Virus record (IMG/VR): IMGVR_UViG_3300043473_000092
Coordinates: 1 to 30,328 of that record
Strand: one strand, 5' to 3'
Length of the DNA: 30,328 bases
Origin: a virus
Taxonomy: Duplodnaviria; Caudoviricetes
In this document: in pieces, positions 9,652-18,836 of the stretch
How positions within the stretch are numbered: the stretch's first letter is position 1
Layout of the letters: each line of letters begins with the position of its first letter
Made by a program: the position numbers and the translations under genes
Notes under the pieces: model-generated
What the model was told of the DNA's origin: nothing
Seen by the model: only the letters and a program-made list of their open reading frames with translations
Databases searched by the model: none

Positions 9652-9696
9652 TGGCCGCTAGCGCGGCCATAAAGGCCGCGCTCCTTCTAGTTAGTG

Positions 9697-10044
9697 TTAC
9701 GGGGTCAGCTTGTAGAGAATGAAGTACAGATCCACCCGCGCGCCATTCCAAGACGTGACGGCATCGATAAAGAGCGTTGTCGGGCCGGCAGCGAAAGGCA
9801 ACAGAGCATTCGGCGAAAACGAGTTGTACCCATTCGCGGCCATAGCTTGGCCCGAAGTAATATTGCTTCCACCGAGCGTCGTACCGACTTTTAGCCCGCC
9901 AGTGACTGCGGCACCTCCACGCTCTCTCTGGTAACAGATCCCAAGTGCATGTCCCGCAGGGACAGTTGCTTGCGTTGCAGCCGTGATGTCCAGTACACGA
10001 AGCTGCTTTTCTTTCGCTCGACTGATAAACTGGGTAATAGCCAT
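9697..10044 (-). CDS. Putative virion structural beta-sandwich protein (115 aa)
   Basis: Beta-rich (VTGGLKVGTTLGGSNI...TLFIDAVTSWNGARVDLYF), GGAG SD, within the spike cassette. Confidence 0.5.
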   Translation of the reverse strand: MAITQFISRAKEKQLRVLDITAATQATVPAGHALGICYQRERGGAAVTGGLKVGTTLGGSNITSGQAMAANGYNSFSPNALLPFAAGPTTLFIDAVTSWNGARVDLYFILYKLTP

Positions 10045-10057
10045 TATCTGTTCTCCG

Positions 10058-10501
10058 TTAGGGACGCTTCGCGTTCCGTGTTGGCTGTCTCGAGGTGAGA
10101 CGTTTCTGTGAAGTATTCGGTGGTATATACTTCGGTGCGAGCTTACCTCCTTTCGCTAGGGCCGCAGTAGCCTCTACGACGCGATCCTCCGTTCCACGAA
10201 CACTGTCCGGAGCTGTATACGAGATCCGCATACTGTTGTAGAGATCAATCTCCGCTTGGTTGGGAGCCTCTATCGTGCCGAAGTCCCATTCCTGCTCAGG
10301 CGTCGGCTGGCCTGGAACTACCTTGTCCACCAGGAAGTCATAAACGTCCTGTGTGGCCGGATGGTCGAGCACGTCCTCCGGCATCCAGTAGCCGCCCCCT
10401 TTTAACGGGACTGGCTCTAATGCGCACAGACCATGTGTGTCCTGCGCGACGGGGGAAAGGCCCAGCACATAAAGGGCTTCGTCCAATGTGAGGCTGATCA
10501 T
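10058..10501 (-). CDS. Hypothetical protein, possible spike chaperone (147 aa)
   Basis: Start overlaps the spike gene stop (ATGA); ALEPVPLKGGGYWMPEDVLDHP segment. Confidence 0.5.
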   Translation of the reverse strand: MISLTLDEALYVLGLSPVAQDTHGLCALEPVPLKGGGYWMPEDVLDHPATQDVYDFLVDKVVPGQPTPEQEWDFGTIEAPNQAEIDLYNSMRISYTAPDSVRGTEDRVVEATAALAKGGKLAPKYIPPNTSQKRLTSRQPTRNAKRP

Positions 10502-12738
10502 GGGATACCCACTCCTGTCATGTAGGTCCGAAGGGCATTGTGAAGGGCAAGGGCTTCAGGATCGGTCAATGCGCCGCCGATGCCACCGGCTGCAATCTGC
10601 CCCAGCCAATAAGCACCCATACGGGTCAGAAAGACGATGTTCTCAGTGGGCACTCCGGTCGGAGAGCCGCCACCCGCGCCCATGCTAACGCCATTCTTGT
10701 AGATCGTGTTGGCAGGGTTGCCGGTTCTGGTCGATATGTACGAGCCAAGCCCATCGGTATTGGCCCAGTCTACCGTGAAGCCGCTGTTGCGGTTGATCAC
10801 ATACTGAGCGAGATCGGTGGTACTGCGCGGACGAACGACCAGCATGTTTCCGGTTACTAGCCCAACCGCCCCGGCAGTCAGTTGCCCGGCGGTAAGGCTC
10901 CAGCCGAAGGCTGACGCACTGGGACCAAGATATTTTGGTGTCGGTGCCGTTGTCGGATTGAACCCGCTGTCGAGGTATGAGGCTGCTGCACCTGTAAAGC
11001 CAAGGTCAGCAGCAAATGCTGGCGCAGACACCTCGCTCGCGTTATACGTCCCCGGCGCAATCCAGTTGATTTTAGCTGCTTGACTGTCGGCTGCGGCGAA
11101 CAGATAGAGCGCATCCAGCTTGGTCCATACGCCAGCCGTCTTCAACGCCACAACAGCTTGGTCAATCAGGTTCTTACGGGCCGTCGTCGGCGGTGTCGTG
11201 AACGCGGCGGCAATCGCATTAGTCTCAGCCTGATAGCTGAAAAGGCCGGTCATGTAGGCGTTGAGGGCGTTGTAGAGGGCCGTATGTTCAGCACCACTGA
11301 GGCTCTGTCCAAACCCGCCTGCCGCGATCTGCCCGGCCCAGAATGTTCCTTGCCCTTTGAGAAACGACAACTTGAAATTGGCGAGCGTCGTGGATGCCGC
11401 CGCGTTCGTGCCTTGGCTCACGCCATTCCGATAACACGTTGTCAGTACAGACGATGACCTGTCGTCCGCCCACAGCCCGGTGGCGTCGGTGCTCGCCACG
11501 CTGATATTGGTAGTGCCTTGGTGCATACGGACGATGTTGACATTGCTTGTCCGACGAGGCTGGAACGCTACTGCCGCACTGGTGTCGGCGCCGGCGATAT
11601 CCGCGTCGAGGGCGGTGCTGGTCAGGCTCCACGCAAACAGGTTTGCGCTGTCGAGCACGTATTTCGGGGATGGCGCGGTCGTCGGCAAGAAAAGGCTATC
11701 GAGATATTTGCTCGCCGCTCCGGTGAAGCCTTGATCAGCCGCGAAGGCGGGCGCACCAACCTCAGTGGCATTGTACGTTCCCGGCTGCTTCCAGTTGACT
11801 TTTGCGGCTTGGCTGTCGGCTGCGGCGAACGCATACAACGCGTCCAGCTTGTTCCAAATACCGGCCTTGACCAAATCAAGCACGCAGGCGCGGATAAGCG
11901 CGACCCGGCCCGCCGTTGGTGGCGTGGTGAACGCGGCGACGATCTTCTCGACGGCTATGTCGGCAAGGTAGCCAGCCAGAGCGTTGTAAAGAGCAACATG
12001 CTCCGCTGTCGATAATTGCGAACCAAAACCACCGAAAGTCGCCGTGCCGGGCCATATGTTTGAATGGCGCAGCAGACACACAGCACCATTTATCAACGGC
12101 GTGGACGACAGCGGCGTGGCTACCTTTGAAACACCGTCCTTGTAGACCTCCTTGGCCGTGGCACCACGTCGTGACCCGGAGAAGAACCCTGAACCATCTG
12201 TATTTGGGAATGTATAGGCTCCACCATCGTTAACATAAAAGTAGCAAAGGTTAGACAGTCTCGCTAGAACGAGCGAAGTGACTGTCGAATTAAACCCGAT
12301 TATACCCCCGTTGCTATCGATGTTGGACAAACTCCAAGCGAATATGCTTGCATCGTCTCTGAGGTATTTCGGGGATGGCGCAATAGTCGGGTTAAACGTA
12401 GTGTCAAGATAGGACACTCCACCACCCGTAAAGCCCACATCGGCGGCGAACGTAGGACCGCTCACCTCTACCAGCGTGTATGTGCCGGGAGCCTTCCAGT
12501 TGATCTTGGCTGCTTGGCTATCCGCCGCACCAAGTGCGTACAGGACGTCGAGCTTCGCCCAGACGCCCCCCGCCTTGAGCGCCACCACGCAGTTGTCGAT
12601 GGCCGTCTTGCGCTGGGTCGTCGGTGGCGTGGTGAAGCTGGCGAAGATCGCATCGGACGCCGGATCATAACCCGACGCAACGCTCCCGCCCCCACCAAAG
12701 ACGGCGGGCCAGGTCACTTTCAGCGAGAGCCCCAACAT
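10498..12738 (-). CDS. Head-spike/fibre protein with three tandem ~240-aa lectin-like (LamG/ConA-like) repeats (746 aa)
   Basis: Three copies of A.FTTPPT..R...I...V..L..AG.W.KLD.LY..AADSQAAK.NW..PGTY...F.AD.GFTG...YLD..F.PT.AP.PKY. N-terminal MLGLSL peptide resembles the LGLGL N-terminus of the RcGTA spike fibre; follows the spike-base gene. Confidence 0.7.
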   Translation of the reverse strand: MLGLSLKVTWPAVFGGGGSVASGYDPASDAIFASFTTPPTTQRKTAIDNCVVALKAGGVWAKLDVLYALGAADSQAAKINWKAPGTYTLVEVSGPTFAADVGFTGGGVSYLDTTFNPTIAPSPKYLRDDASIFAWSLSNIDSNGGIIGFNSTVTSLVLARLSNLCYFYVNDGGAYTFPNTDGSGFFSGSRRGATAKEVYKDGVSKVATPLSSTPLINGAVCLLRHSNIWPGTATFGGFGSQLSTAEHVALYNALAGYLADIAVEKIVAAFTTPPTAGRVALIRACVLDLVKAGIWNKLDALYAFAAADSQAAKVNWKQPGTYNATEVGAPAFAADQGFTGAASKYLDSLFLPTTAPSPKYVLDSANLFAWSLTSTALDADIAGADTSAAVAFQPRRTSNVNIVRMHQGTTNISVASTDATGLWADDRSSSVLTTCYRNGVSQGTNAAASTTLANFKLSFLKGQGTFWAGQIAAGGFGQSLSGAEHTALYNALNAYMTGLFSYQAETNAIAAAFTTPPTTARKNLIDQAVVALKTAGVWTKLDALYLFAAADSQAAKINWIAPGTYNASEVSAPAFAADLGFTGAAASYLDSGFNPTTAPTPKYLGPSASAFGWSLTAGQLTAGAVGLVTGNMLVVRPRSTTDLAQYVINRNSGFTVDWANTDGLGSYISTRTGNPANTIYKNGVSMGAGGGSPTGVPTENIVFLTRMGAYWLGQIAAGGIGGALTDPEALALHNALRTYMTGVGIP

Positions 12739-12752
12739 TTTTTAACCTTCGG

Positions 12753-12989
12753 TTAAAAAATTGCAACAATAGCAGTGGCTGTCGTCGCAGCCATCACTTT
12801 ATTGCACGCAATCGGAAGCAGAGTCCCTGCCGGAACTCCAGTAATTGTCACCGCGACCGTGTCGTGCATCGCAATCACAGATAGATTGCCCGCGCCACCG
12901 ATCCACAGAGAGCGACAATTGACCGCTGTCGAATCACTCGGCACGACCGCAGCCAGTCGCGTCCCTGGGCTATCACTACCTATTGCCAT
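12753..12989 (-). CDS. Head spike base protein, RcGTA Rcc01079-like (78 aa)
   Basis: SPGTRLAAVVPSD...RSLWIGGAGNLSV...VTITGVPAGTLLPIACNKVMAATTATAIVA matches my recollection of the Rcc01079 family consensus and size. Confidence 0.8.
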   Translation of the reverse strand: MAIGSDSPGTRLAAVVPSDSTAVNCRSLWIGGAGNLSVIAMHDTVAVTITGVPAGTLLPIACNKVMAATTATAIVAIF

Positions 12990-12999
12990 TTTTCAGCTC

Positions 13000-15612
13000 C
13001 TAGATGTTGCTCAGCATTCCATTGTTGCCCACGAAGCCAGTATTGCTAGGAACCGTTGGCTTCGACGAATACGTATTGGTCGGCGTCGCAGTTGGCTTCG
13101 GTGCTGGCGTCGTTGTCACCGGCGCGCCCGAGGTCGCATTCGACCACGTAACCGACGACGCGGGTGGCCGTTCAGGCGTCGTCAACGTGCTTATCGGCGG
13201 CCCTCCAGTCGGCACCCAAGAGCCAGTCGACGCACTGTACGTCTCAGGTACGCCCTGGCCCGTTAACGACGTCCGGCTAGCATAGCCATCATCAAACGAC
13301 GTGACACGATATCCATTCTGATCGTACGCGGCAAACTCCGTCCCGTCATTAGTCTTGCCGACAAAGGCATTTTGCGCAGCGAGCGGAGACCTTCCCTTGA
13401 AAGCTGACGGTGCCAACGGCTGGAAATCTGCGGCACTTCGTGCGGCTGGAGCCTTCCCGCTCACAGTATCCCGAGGCGCAGCAACAGGAGGAGCGGCTGG
13501 CGCGGGAGCGGCTGGCGCCGCTCCCCGTTGCGGAACTGGCACATCATAACTATTACTACTAATACGTGCCGTGGGAAGGCTACTCGGCTGGATACGACTC
13601 TGATCTTTCGACGGTACAGCCGGTGCAGCCGAAGACGGCTGCACAGGCGCCGTCGTTGCCGGAGGCGGCTTCGCTGGAGTCGTCAAATCGAGATCATCCG
13701 GCGACACGACTGTAGTCCGCCCAGCAATTGTCTCCGTCTCAGGCAAAAGCCCAATATTAAACGCCGAATCCGGCCCGTAGATAATACTCTCAAGCGTGCT
13801 CTTGACACGCTCACCAACAGATGGCACCTGCTCAATAGCAGACTCAAGCCTTTGATCACTTCTTGTATCGTAGGATTGCTGCATCTGCTCGGGTGAAGGG
13901 CCCGCCGGAGGAGGATTCGTATCCGTAATGACCGCACCCGCGCCCAGCGTCGGCGGCGGAGGAGCCGTCACCGAAGGCGCAGCCTGTACCACAGACTGTC
14001 TTTGCGGTGGGTTCTCCATCTGCATCTCATCCGCGAGCCCGGGCGAGAGCGTCAGCGATCCCGCCGCCGAAGGTGCCTCCGGCACCTTCGGGGGTGCCCC
14101 GAATCCGCGAGACAGCTCATCCTCAGTTATATCCGGCTGCGGCATGTCCACAGGCCACTGATCGGGAGGAACCGACGGTGACTGCGGCTGCGGTGCAGCC
14201 GCCGGGGTCGACATTTCCGACGGCCACTCACTCGGCGGCACAGACGGCGACGGAGGCGCGGGTGCCGCTTCAGCCGCCCCCGGGCGCATTGGCGGAGTCG
14301 GCGGCCCGATAGCTCCCGGCACATCGAGCACAGTCCCGATCTGCAGTCGCTTCTCGGCACCTTTCGGAATATTATTCGCTGCCGCGATTTCCGGCCACCG
14401 CTGACCGTCCCCGAGGTGGTCCTTGGCAATCTCCCAGAGCGTATCGCCTTTCTGGACCTTCACACGTAAGGGAGTCGCAGTCGACCCACCAATGTCCAGT
14501 AATGTTGCCTCGGACTCAGGGTCTGTCCCAGCAACCGGCTCCTCGGTCGGCACGTCCGGTCCCAAGTATTTTTCCATCGACCTCGGAGACAACGTAGGCC
14601 GAAGGCCCTCGGCCGGTGGCGCTCCCGATACAGGATTCTCAACAAACCTTGCGAGCTTCGGCGGCACGACCGGCGACGCCAGCCCGGCCTGTGGAGCCCC
14701 GAGCGCGACCGATTGCGCCGCCTGCACAGTCTCTCCCTGATACGGGTTCGACCCGTTCTCGACCTGAATCATTGCATCAACAAATGCAGGCCCGAGCACA
14801 GGATCCTTTATATTGAACGGTTGATCGGGAGGAATCCCCATCTGTCGCGCGACTTCAGCGGCATACGCCTTACTGTTGTTCTCCCCAGGAGGAGCCCATT
14901 TCGCAATACGCTCCGTGACCGTGGTCTGACCTCCAGACTCATACTTCCCCTGAAGCGCATAGATGGCCGCGATCCCCTGCTCCGGCGTCGGAAAGACCGC
15001 AAACCGCCCATCACTGCGTGTAGCGCCTTGAGACTTGGCAAACGCCCCGAACTCAATATTCCCCGGATTGTTATTACGAATACCTCGGGCAGACCCTATT
15101 AATGTATCTGTTCCGACTCCACCTTGAATATCTTCACTTGACGCGCCAGCAGCACCTTCTGGCCCAAGGGCTCCTCCCGCACCAGCCTCGCCGGGAACGG
15201 CAGTTGCTTCCTCTCCTGTCGAAACTACCGCCGCGTCTGCGGCCACAGGCGTGGCCTCCGCGGGAGGCGTTACCGGATCACCGAAGCTCGTAAAATACGT
15301 TCCCGTCCACGGATCGCGGAACGCTGTGATGGTCCGCCCGGTGCTGTCCTGCCAAGCTAAAGCTTGCGTCGGGCCAGAGGTCCCATTACCACCACCAAGG
15401 GCATTCGACGACGTACCTCGTTGCCAATTAGCGCCTGAAGGCCCGCTCGGCGAAAACTGCGGGTCTGGCCCCATGTTGTTCAGAAAGCCATTAGGATTAA
15501 GCAAGGTCTGTTTAGCTAAGTAAGGCACACCAAGGAGCCCCGGCAAATGAGCGGGAATACCTCCACGCTCACGCTTTTTCAAGAAACCTCTCTCGTTCGT
15601 AGCCATTGGCAT
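13000..15612 (-). CDS. Large Pro/Ala-rich virion-associated protein with lysozyme-like domain and LysM domain (870 aa)
   Basis: RGIRNNNPGNIE...GRFAVFPTPEQG...IAKWAPPGENNSKAY...AMIQVENG lysozyme-like domain (~14755-15090); LysM VKVQKGDTLWEIAKDHLGDGQRWPEIAAAN...LQIGTVLDVP (~14320-14465). Confidence 0.75.
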   Translation of the reverse strand: MPMATNERGFLKKRERGGIPAHLPGLLGVPYLAKQTLLNPNGFLNNMGPDPQFSPSGPSGANWQRGTSSNALGGGNGTSGPTQALAWQDSTGRTITAFRDPWTGTYFTSFGDPVTPPAEATPVAADAAVVSTGEEATAVPGEAGAGGALGPEGAAGASSEDIQGGVGTDTLIGSARGIRNNNPGNIEFGAFAKSQGATRSDGRFAVFPTPEQGIAAIYALQGKYESGGQTTVTERIAKWAPPGENNSKAYAAEVARQMGIPPDQPFNIKDPVLGPAFVDAMIQVENGSNPYQGETVQAAQSVALGAPQAGLASPVVPPKLARFVENPVSGAPPAEGLRPTLSPRSMEKYLGPDVPTEEPVAGTDPESEATLLDIGGSTATPLRVKVQKGDTLWEIAKDHLGDGQRWPEIAAANNIPKGAEKRLQIGTVLDVPGAIGPPTPPMRPGAAEAAPAPPSPSVPPSEWPSEMSTPAAAPQPQSPSVPPDQWPVDMPQPDITEDELSRGFGAPPKVPEAPSAAGSLTLSPGLADEMQMENPPQRQSVVQAAPSVTAPPPPTLGAGAVITDTNPPPAGPSPEQMQQSYDTRSDQRLESAIEQVPSVGERVKSTLESIIYGPDSAFNIGLLPETETIAGRTTVVSPDDLDLTTPAKPPPATTAPVQPSSAAPAVPSKDQSRIQPSSLPTARISSNSYDVPVPQRGAAPAAPAPAAPPVAAPRDTVSGKAPAARSAADFQPLAPSAFKGRSPLAAQNAFVGKTNDGTEFAAYDQNGYRVTSFDDGYASRTSLTGQGVPETYSASTGSWVPTGGPPISTLTTPERPPASSVTWSNATSGAPVTTTPAPKPTATPTNTYSSKPTVPSNTGFVGNNGMLSNI

Positions 15613-15615
15613 TGC

Positions 15616-15819
15616 CTACGGTAATGCCACGCCGAGGCCGGGAAGTACCGCCCTCAGCAACCAAAGCAACGCGAGCAACGCAAATATGACCCAAATGATC
15701 TGCACGACCTTCCCAGGAATAGGCCACCCAAGGACAGTCTCGAGTACATAGAACACAACCCACAAGATCAGTGCTGCGACGCAGATATAGATCAGCGCAT
15801 AGATAACAGCTTCGATCAT
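15616..15819 (-). CDS. Small two-TM membrane protein (holin/antiholin candidate, Thivi_2564-like)
   Basis: Two hydrophobic helices separated by GWPIPGKV; start overlaps the endolysin stop. Confidence 0.6.
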   Translation of the reverse strand: MIEAVIYALIYICVAALILWVVFYVLETVLGWPIPGKVVQIIWVIFALLALLWLLRAVLPGLGVALP

Positions 15820-16394
15820 AGCGGCTCTCCTATTGTAGCGACAGTAATCGCCTGAAGGAACGTAGCATGATAGCCCGCAATCAGCTCATCGTCATCGTTG
15901 CCATTGATGATCTGGCGAGCATTGATCGGATCGTCGGTCGTGGCGTTGAAATAGTCACCAAGCTTGCGCTGGGTGAACCACCCCTCGGCCATGCCACGAA
16001 ACAGGATGCGGGTCGCGATCAGACTATCGCGCGCCATCTCGGGGTGCTCGACCAGATCCCGCTCATCGACCAACGACAGCACCGTCGAGGCGTAGCGATA
16101 GTTCTCTTCCCACGTCAGCATGACGAAGCCCCGGCCGATGTAGGGCCAATAATCCTTGCCTTGCAGATACTCGTCGGACCCGTACTCGACTATCGGCCAC
16201 ATCCGGGTGGCAGTCTCATGGTAGGTGGTCGCCAGCATGTACGCGAGCCAGCGCTCATCGCTCATCGGGGTGCCGCCAGCTTGATATTCCCAGACGGCTA
16301 GGATGACCGACATACCATCGACCTGGACCTGTTGCAGGGCCCCACCGAAGAGCGGCCCCCTGACAGCATCGAAGAACAGATCCCGGTCGATCAT
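15816..16394 (-). CDS. Endolysin, glycoside hydrolase family 19 (192 aa)
   Basis: LAYMLATTYHET (catalytic Glu), YIGRGFVMLTWEENY, DLVEHPE, ARQIING GH19 motifs. Confidence 0.85.
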   Translation of the reverse strand: MIDRDLFFDAVRGPLFGGALQQVQVDGMSVILAVWEYQAGGTPMSDERWLAYMLATTYHETATRMWPIVEYGSDEYLQGKDYWPYIGRGFVMLTWEENYRYASTVLSLVDERDLVEHPEMARDSLIATRILFRGMAEGWFTQRKLGDYFNATTDDPINARQIINGNDDDELIAGYHATFLQAITVATIGEPL

Positions 16395-16591
16395 GGCTTT
16401 GTCCAGGTTCCTGCAATGAAGCCGGCCAAGAGACCGACTATCGCCCCACCAATCGCGGTCAACGCCTGATTCCCCACTTCACCTAGCGACCTTCCCATTA
16501 ACGCCGGAACGCCCACACCTACAACCAGCATCAGTCCCAGCGACACCGCGAGCACTAAAGCAGCCAGACCTCTGTAGTCGGGCTCCTGCAC
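16391..16591 (-). CDS. Putative holin (two TM helices, 66 aa)
   Basis: Probable GTG start at 16591, just after the tail-fibre stop (track start 16642 overlaps that gene). Two hydrophobic segments; stop overlaps the endolysin ATG. Confidence 0.55.
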   Translation of the reverse strand: MQEPDYRGLAALVLAVSLGLMLVVGVGVPALMGRSLGEVGNQALTAIGGAIVGLLAGFIAGTWTKP

Positions 16592-16592
16592 G

Positions 16593-17567
16593 CTAGACCC
16601 CGACAACAGTAAGTCCAGCACCCGGAGCCGCAAGCTGAGCAAATCCCCACGTTGTCCCGCGCTTAACCAAGATACGATCCCCTGTCAAGACCCCGCCAAA
16701 GCCAGATACTATCTGGTTAAGAATACTTTGTGTATAGAGATTACTCGCAAAAGGATCAGTCCCCCCAAGAAGGAGCCCAACATTCGACTCAATCAAACCT
16801 GTGACACGAATACGATCTACCATCCCGGAGATAGACGCATGGGTCCCAGGCGTCCCCCAATAAATCGACGTGTTCAGCGTCGGAATGACCAGAGCTTGAT
16901 TGAAATAATGACCTTCTACTGCGTTATACGTGAGCCTTCCCTGACCCGCGCCAACACTATGTTGGATAGACGCGCTATTCGGCCACAAGACAGCGCCAGT
17001 CGCTACAAGAGACATCGATGCCCAAGGGAACGCTGGGAGTCCCAGAGCTTGCCCCCCGGGCGTAGGATACAGCCCGAGGCTATCGAATTTCATTCTCGGT
17101 CCCACTGAGCCCGCAACCGCCAGATTGAAATACAGTGCCCCATCTTCACTAACCGCCGAGGCATCCGTAATCTGGGCAACAATACTCGCGTAAAGTGTCT
17201 TGGTACCACCGGCGTCTTTTCCCCAGAACTCGATTCCACCCAGAAAATCAGAGATAGCGGGACTCGCTGAATTCCGATACAGACTCAAAAGCGGACCAGC
17301 GGTCCCTGCAGGATCCGTCGACACAAGCTCGATCGGCGTACCACCGACCGCAGCCGTGCTAAAGATCGCCGCGGGTGACCCCGCAAAGGTCTGCGACTGG
17401 CTCCACGTATGCGGCAGATCGACAAAGGCCGCAGACGTGCCCGGGAAAGTATTCTGCAACACAGTCTTAATCAGTCGCAGATGGTCGTCGCCCTCAGAAA
17501 CGTCATCAGGTCCCGGCGGAAGACTCGGAGACAACGAGGCAATATACGTCGCGGACTCAACGGTCAT
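16593..17567 (-). CDS. Tail fibre protein (324 aa)
   Basis: N-terminal MTVESATYIASL...DDVSEGDDHLRLIKTVLQNTFP podophage fibre-attachment motif; LYRNSASPAISDFLGGIEF..KD segment; follows the adaptor gene. Confidence 0.75.
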   Translation of the reverse strand: MTVESATYIASLSPSLPPGPDDVSEGDDHLRLIKTVLQNTFPGTSAAFVDLPHTWSQSQTFAGSPAAIFSTAAVGGTPIELVSTDPAGTAGPLLSLYRNSASPAISDFLGGIEFWGKDAGGTKTLYASIVAQITDASAVSEDGALYFNLAVAGSVGPRMKFDSLGLYPTPGGQALGLPAFPWASMSLVATGAVLWPNSASIQHSVGAGQGRLTYNAVEGHYFNQALVIPTLNTSIYWGTPGTHASISGMVDRIRVTGLIESNVGLLLGGTDPFASNLYTQSILNQIVSGFGGVLTGDRILVKRGTTWGFAQLAAPGAGLTVVGV

Positions 17568-18244
17568 TGCGCGGCTCCCACGGCATACGGGCGATTCCCG
17601 GACTTACGGATCTCTGCATCAATCATCATACGACCGAGCGCGGATTGGTACATTTGAAGGAAACGGTCCTCCGCTTCCGGGTACTCGAGGTCTCGAGCAA
17701 TCGCAACCCCGGCCGCGCCGATAAGTATTGGCGCGCCATACGTCAGCCACTGATTACTGCTGGCGTCGGAGACGCCAGCAAGATCCGCGTCATGCGCGTA
17801 CCAGGTAGCAGTCAGACTGTAATCAATCGTCGGTATCGGGCGAACGTGAATGTGTCCCTCATGGAAAGCCCACCAACGCGGGTTGCCAGTGAGTACTTCG
17901 TACTCACTGTCCACGCCGAGCTTCAACAATGCATCATAGTCAACCGGAGACAGGATGCGATCCTGACGAATAGACACTAACGAATGGCTGATATCAGTAT
18001 CTTCCACAAACCGTATGAAGTTAACAGGAATGGTGATTTTGCCCTCGGCAAAATCACTATCGAGCGTCGTGACCGTGGCAAACGTATTCGTATCAGACAC
18101 CAGCCACCAAGGCAGAGTACTGCCCTCCTCGAGCTCGGTTTGTTTCATCCGAAGCTCGAGAAGGATTGCCTCAGCCAGGTCAGTGCGAAAGCCCAGCCCC
18201 TGTTGGATCCGAGCTATTGCCTGGGCTTTGGTCAGCGCCACCAT
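17564..18244 (-). CDS. Head-tail adaptor / tail tubular protein A (226 aa)
   Basis: LPWWL, ITIPVNFIRF, GNPRWW...IHVRPIPTIDY, NQWLTYGAPILI motifs typical of podophage adaptors; synteny. Confidence 0.75.
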   Translation of the reverse strand: MVALTKAQAIARIQQGLGFRTDLAEAILLELRMKQTELEEGSTLPWWLVSDTNTFATVTTLDSDFAEGKITIPVNFIRFVEDTDISHSLVSIRQDRILSPVDYDALLKLGVDSEYEVLTGNPRWWAFHEGHIHVRPIPTIDYSLTATWYAHDADLAGVSDASSNQWLTYGAPILIGAAGVAIARDLEYPEAEDRFLQMYQSALGRMMIDAEIRKSGNRPYAVGAAQ

Positions 18245-18413
18245 CGACTACCGCTCCATCCAAAATGGGCCCTTGACAACCCTCGTCAGGGGCCCTTTTT
18301 GCCGCCTTATCCATCGTCGCAATCCACTCGAGCACCTCCATCCGGGCCCCGGTCAGAAGCACTATGGACTGCTGAATGGCATCAGCGCGCTTTACAAGGT
18401 CATCTCGAGTCAT
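18180..18413 (-). CDS. Small hypothetical protein (77 aa, MTRDDLVKRAD...)
   Basis: ATG at 18413 immediately after the upstream stop fills the gap; helical N-terminus; 3' end overlaps the adaptor gene by 65 nt. Confidence 0.45.
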   Translation of the reverse strand: MTRDDLVKRADAIQQSIVLLTGARMEVLEWIATMDKAAKRAPDEGCQGPILDGAVVDGGADQSPGNSSDPTGAGLSH

Positions 18414-18414
18414 A

Positions 18415-18747
18415 TTAAGCGGTCGAGATGCCAAGGACATACCACGTCGTACCATTACAGATAAACGTGGCCGACGTAGCGGTAAGCAGCGCAAGGATGG
18501 TAGTCGTATTCGAATCATCCTTCACAGTGAGCGTTCCCGCCCCTGTGTTGACGATCTGAATATGCTGCCCATCGGCCTCGGGCGGAAGGAGCACGATGTT
18601 ACCAGCTGCGGACCCGATGAACATCAAACTCGGCATACTGGCCGTGAGCGTCATCGTGGCAGTAATCGTCTGCTTCAGGTTGCGATACCTCATGTTACCG
18701 CCAATAATACTATTGGAGATATCCGAACCCTCGATTGTTTGGCGCAT
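18415..18747 (-). CDS. Putative capsid decoration protein (110 aa)
   Basis: Directly downstream of the MCP; beta-rich IVLLP...IQIVNTGAGTLTVKD...ICNGTTWY pattern; AAGGA SD. Confidence 0.55.
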   Translation of the reverse strand: MRQTIEGSDISNSIIGGNMRYRNLKQTITATMTLTASMPSLMFIGSAAGNIVLLPPEADGQHIQIVNTGAGTLTVKDDSNTTTILALLTATSATFICNGTTWYVLGISTA

Positions 18748-18773
18748 GACAGTAATCCTTCATTTCGGATTCC

Positions 18774-18797
18774 TGGGCGGGAAGGATTTCCCGCCCA
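18774..18797 (-). terminator. Stem-loop after the major capsid gene (attenuator or mRNA-stabilizing hairpin)
   Basis: 10-bp perfect inverted repeat tgggcgggaa/ttcccgccca with a 4-nt loop; no U-tract, so at most a weak terminator. Confidence 0.4.
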
Positions 18798-18836
18798 TTG
18801 GATTCGCACGGCGCTACGCGCCGCCAGAGCTACAAC

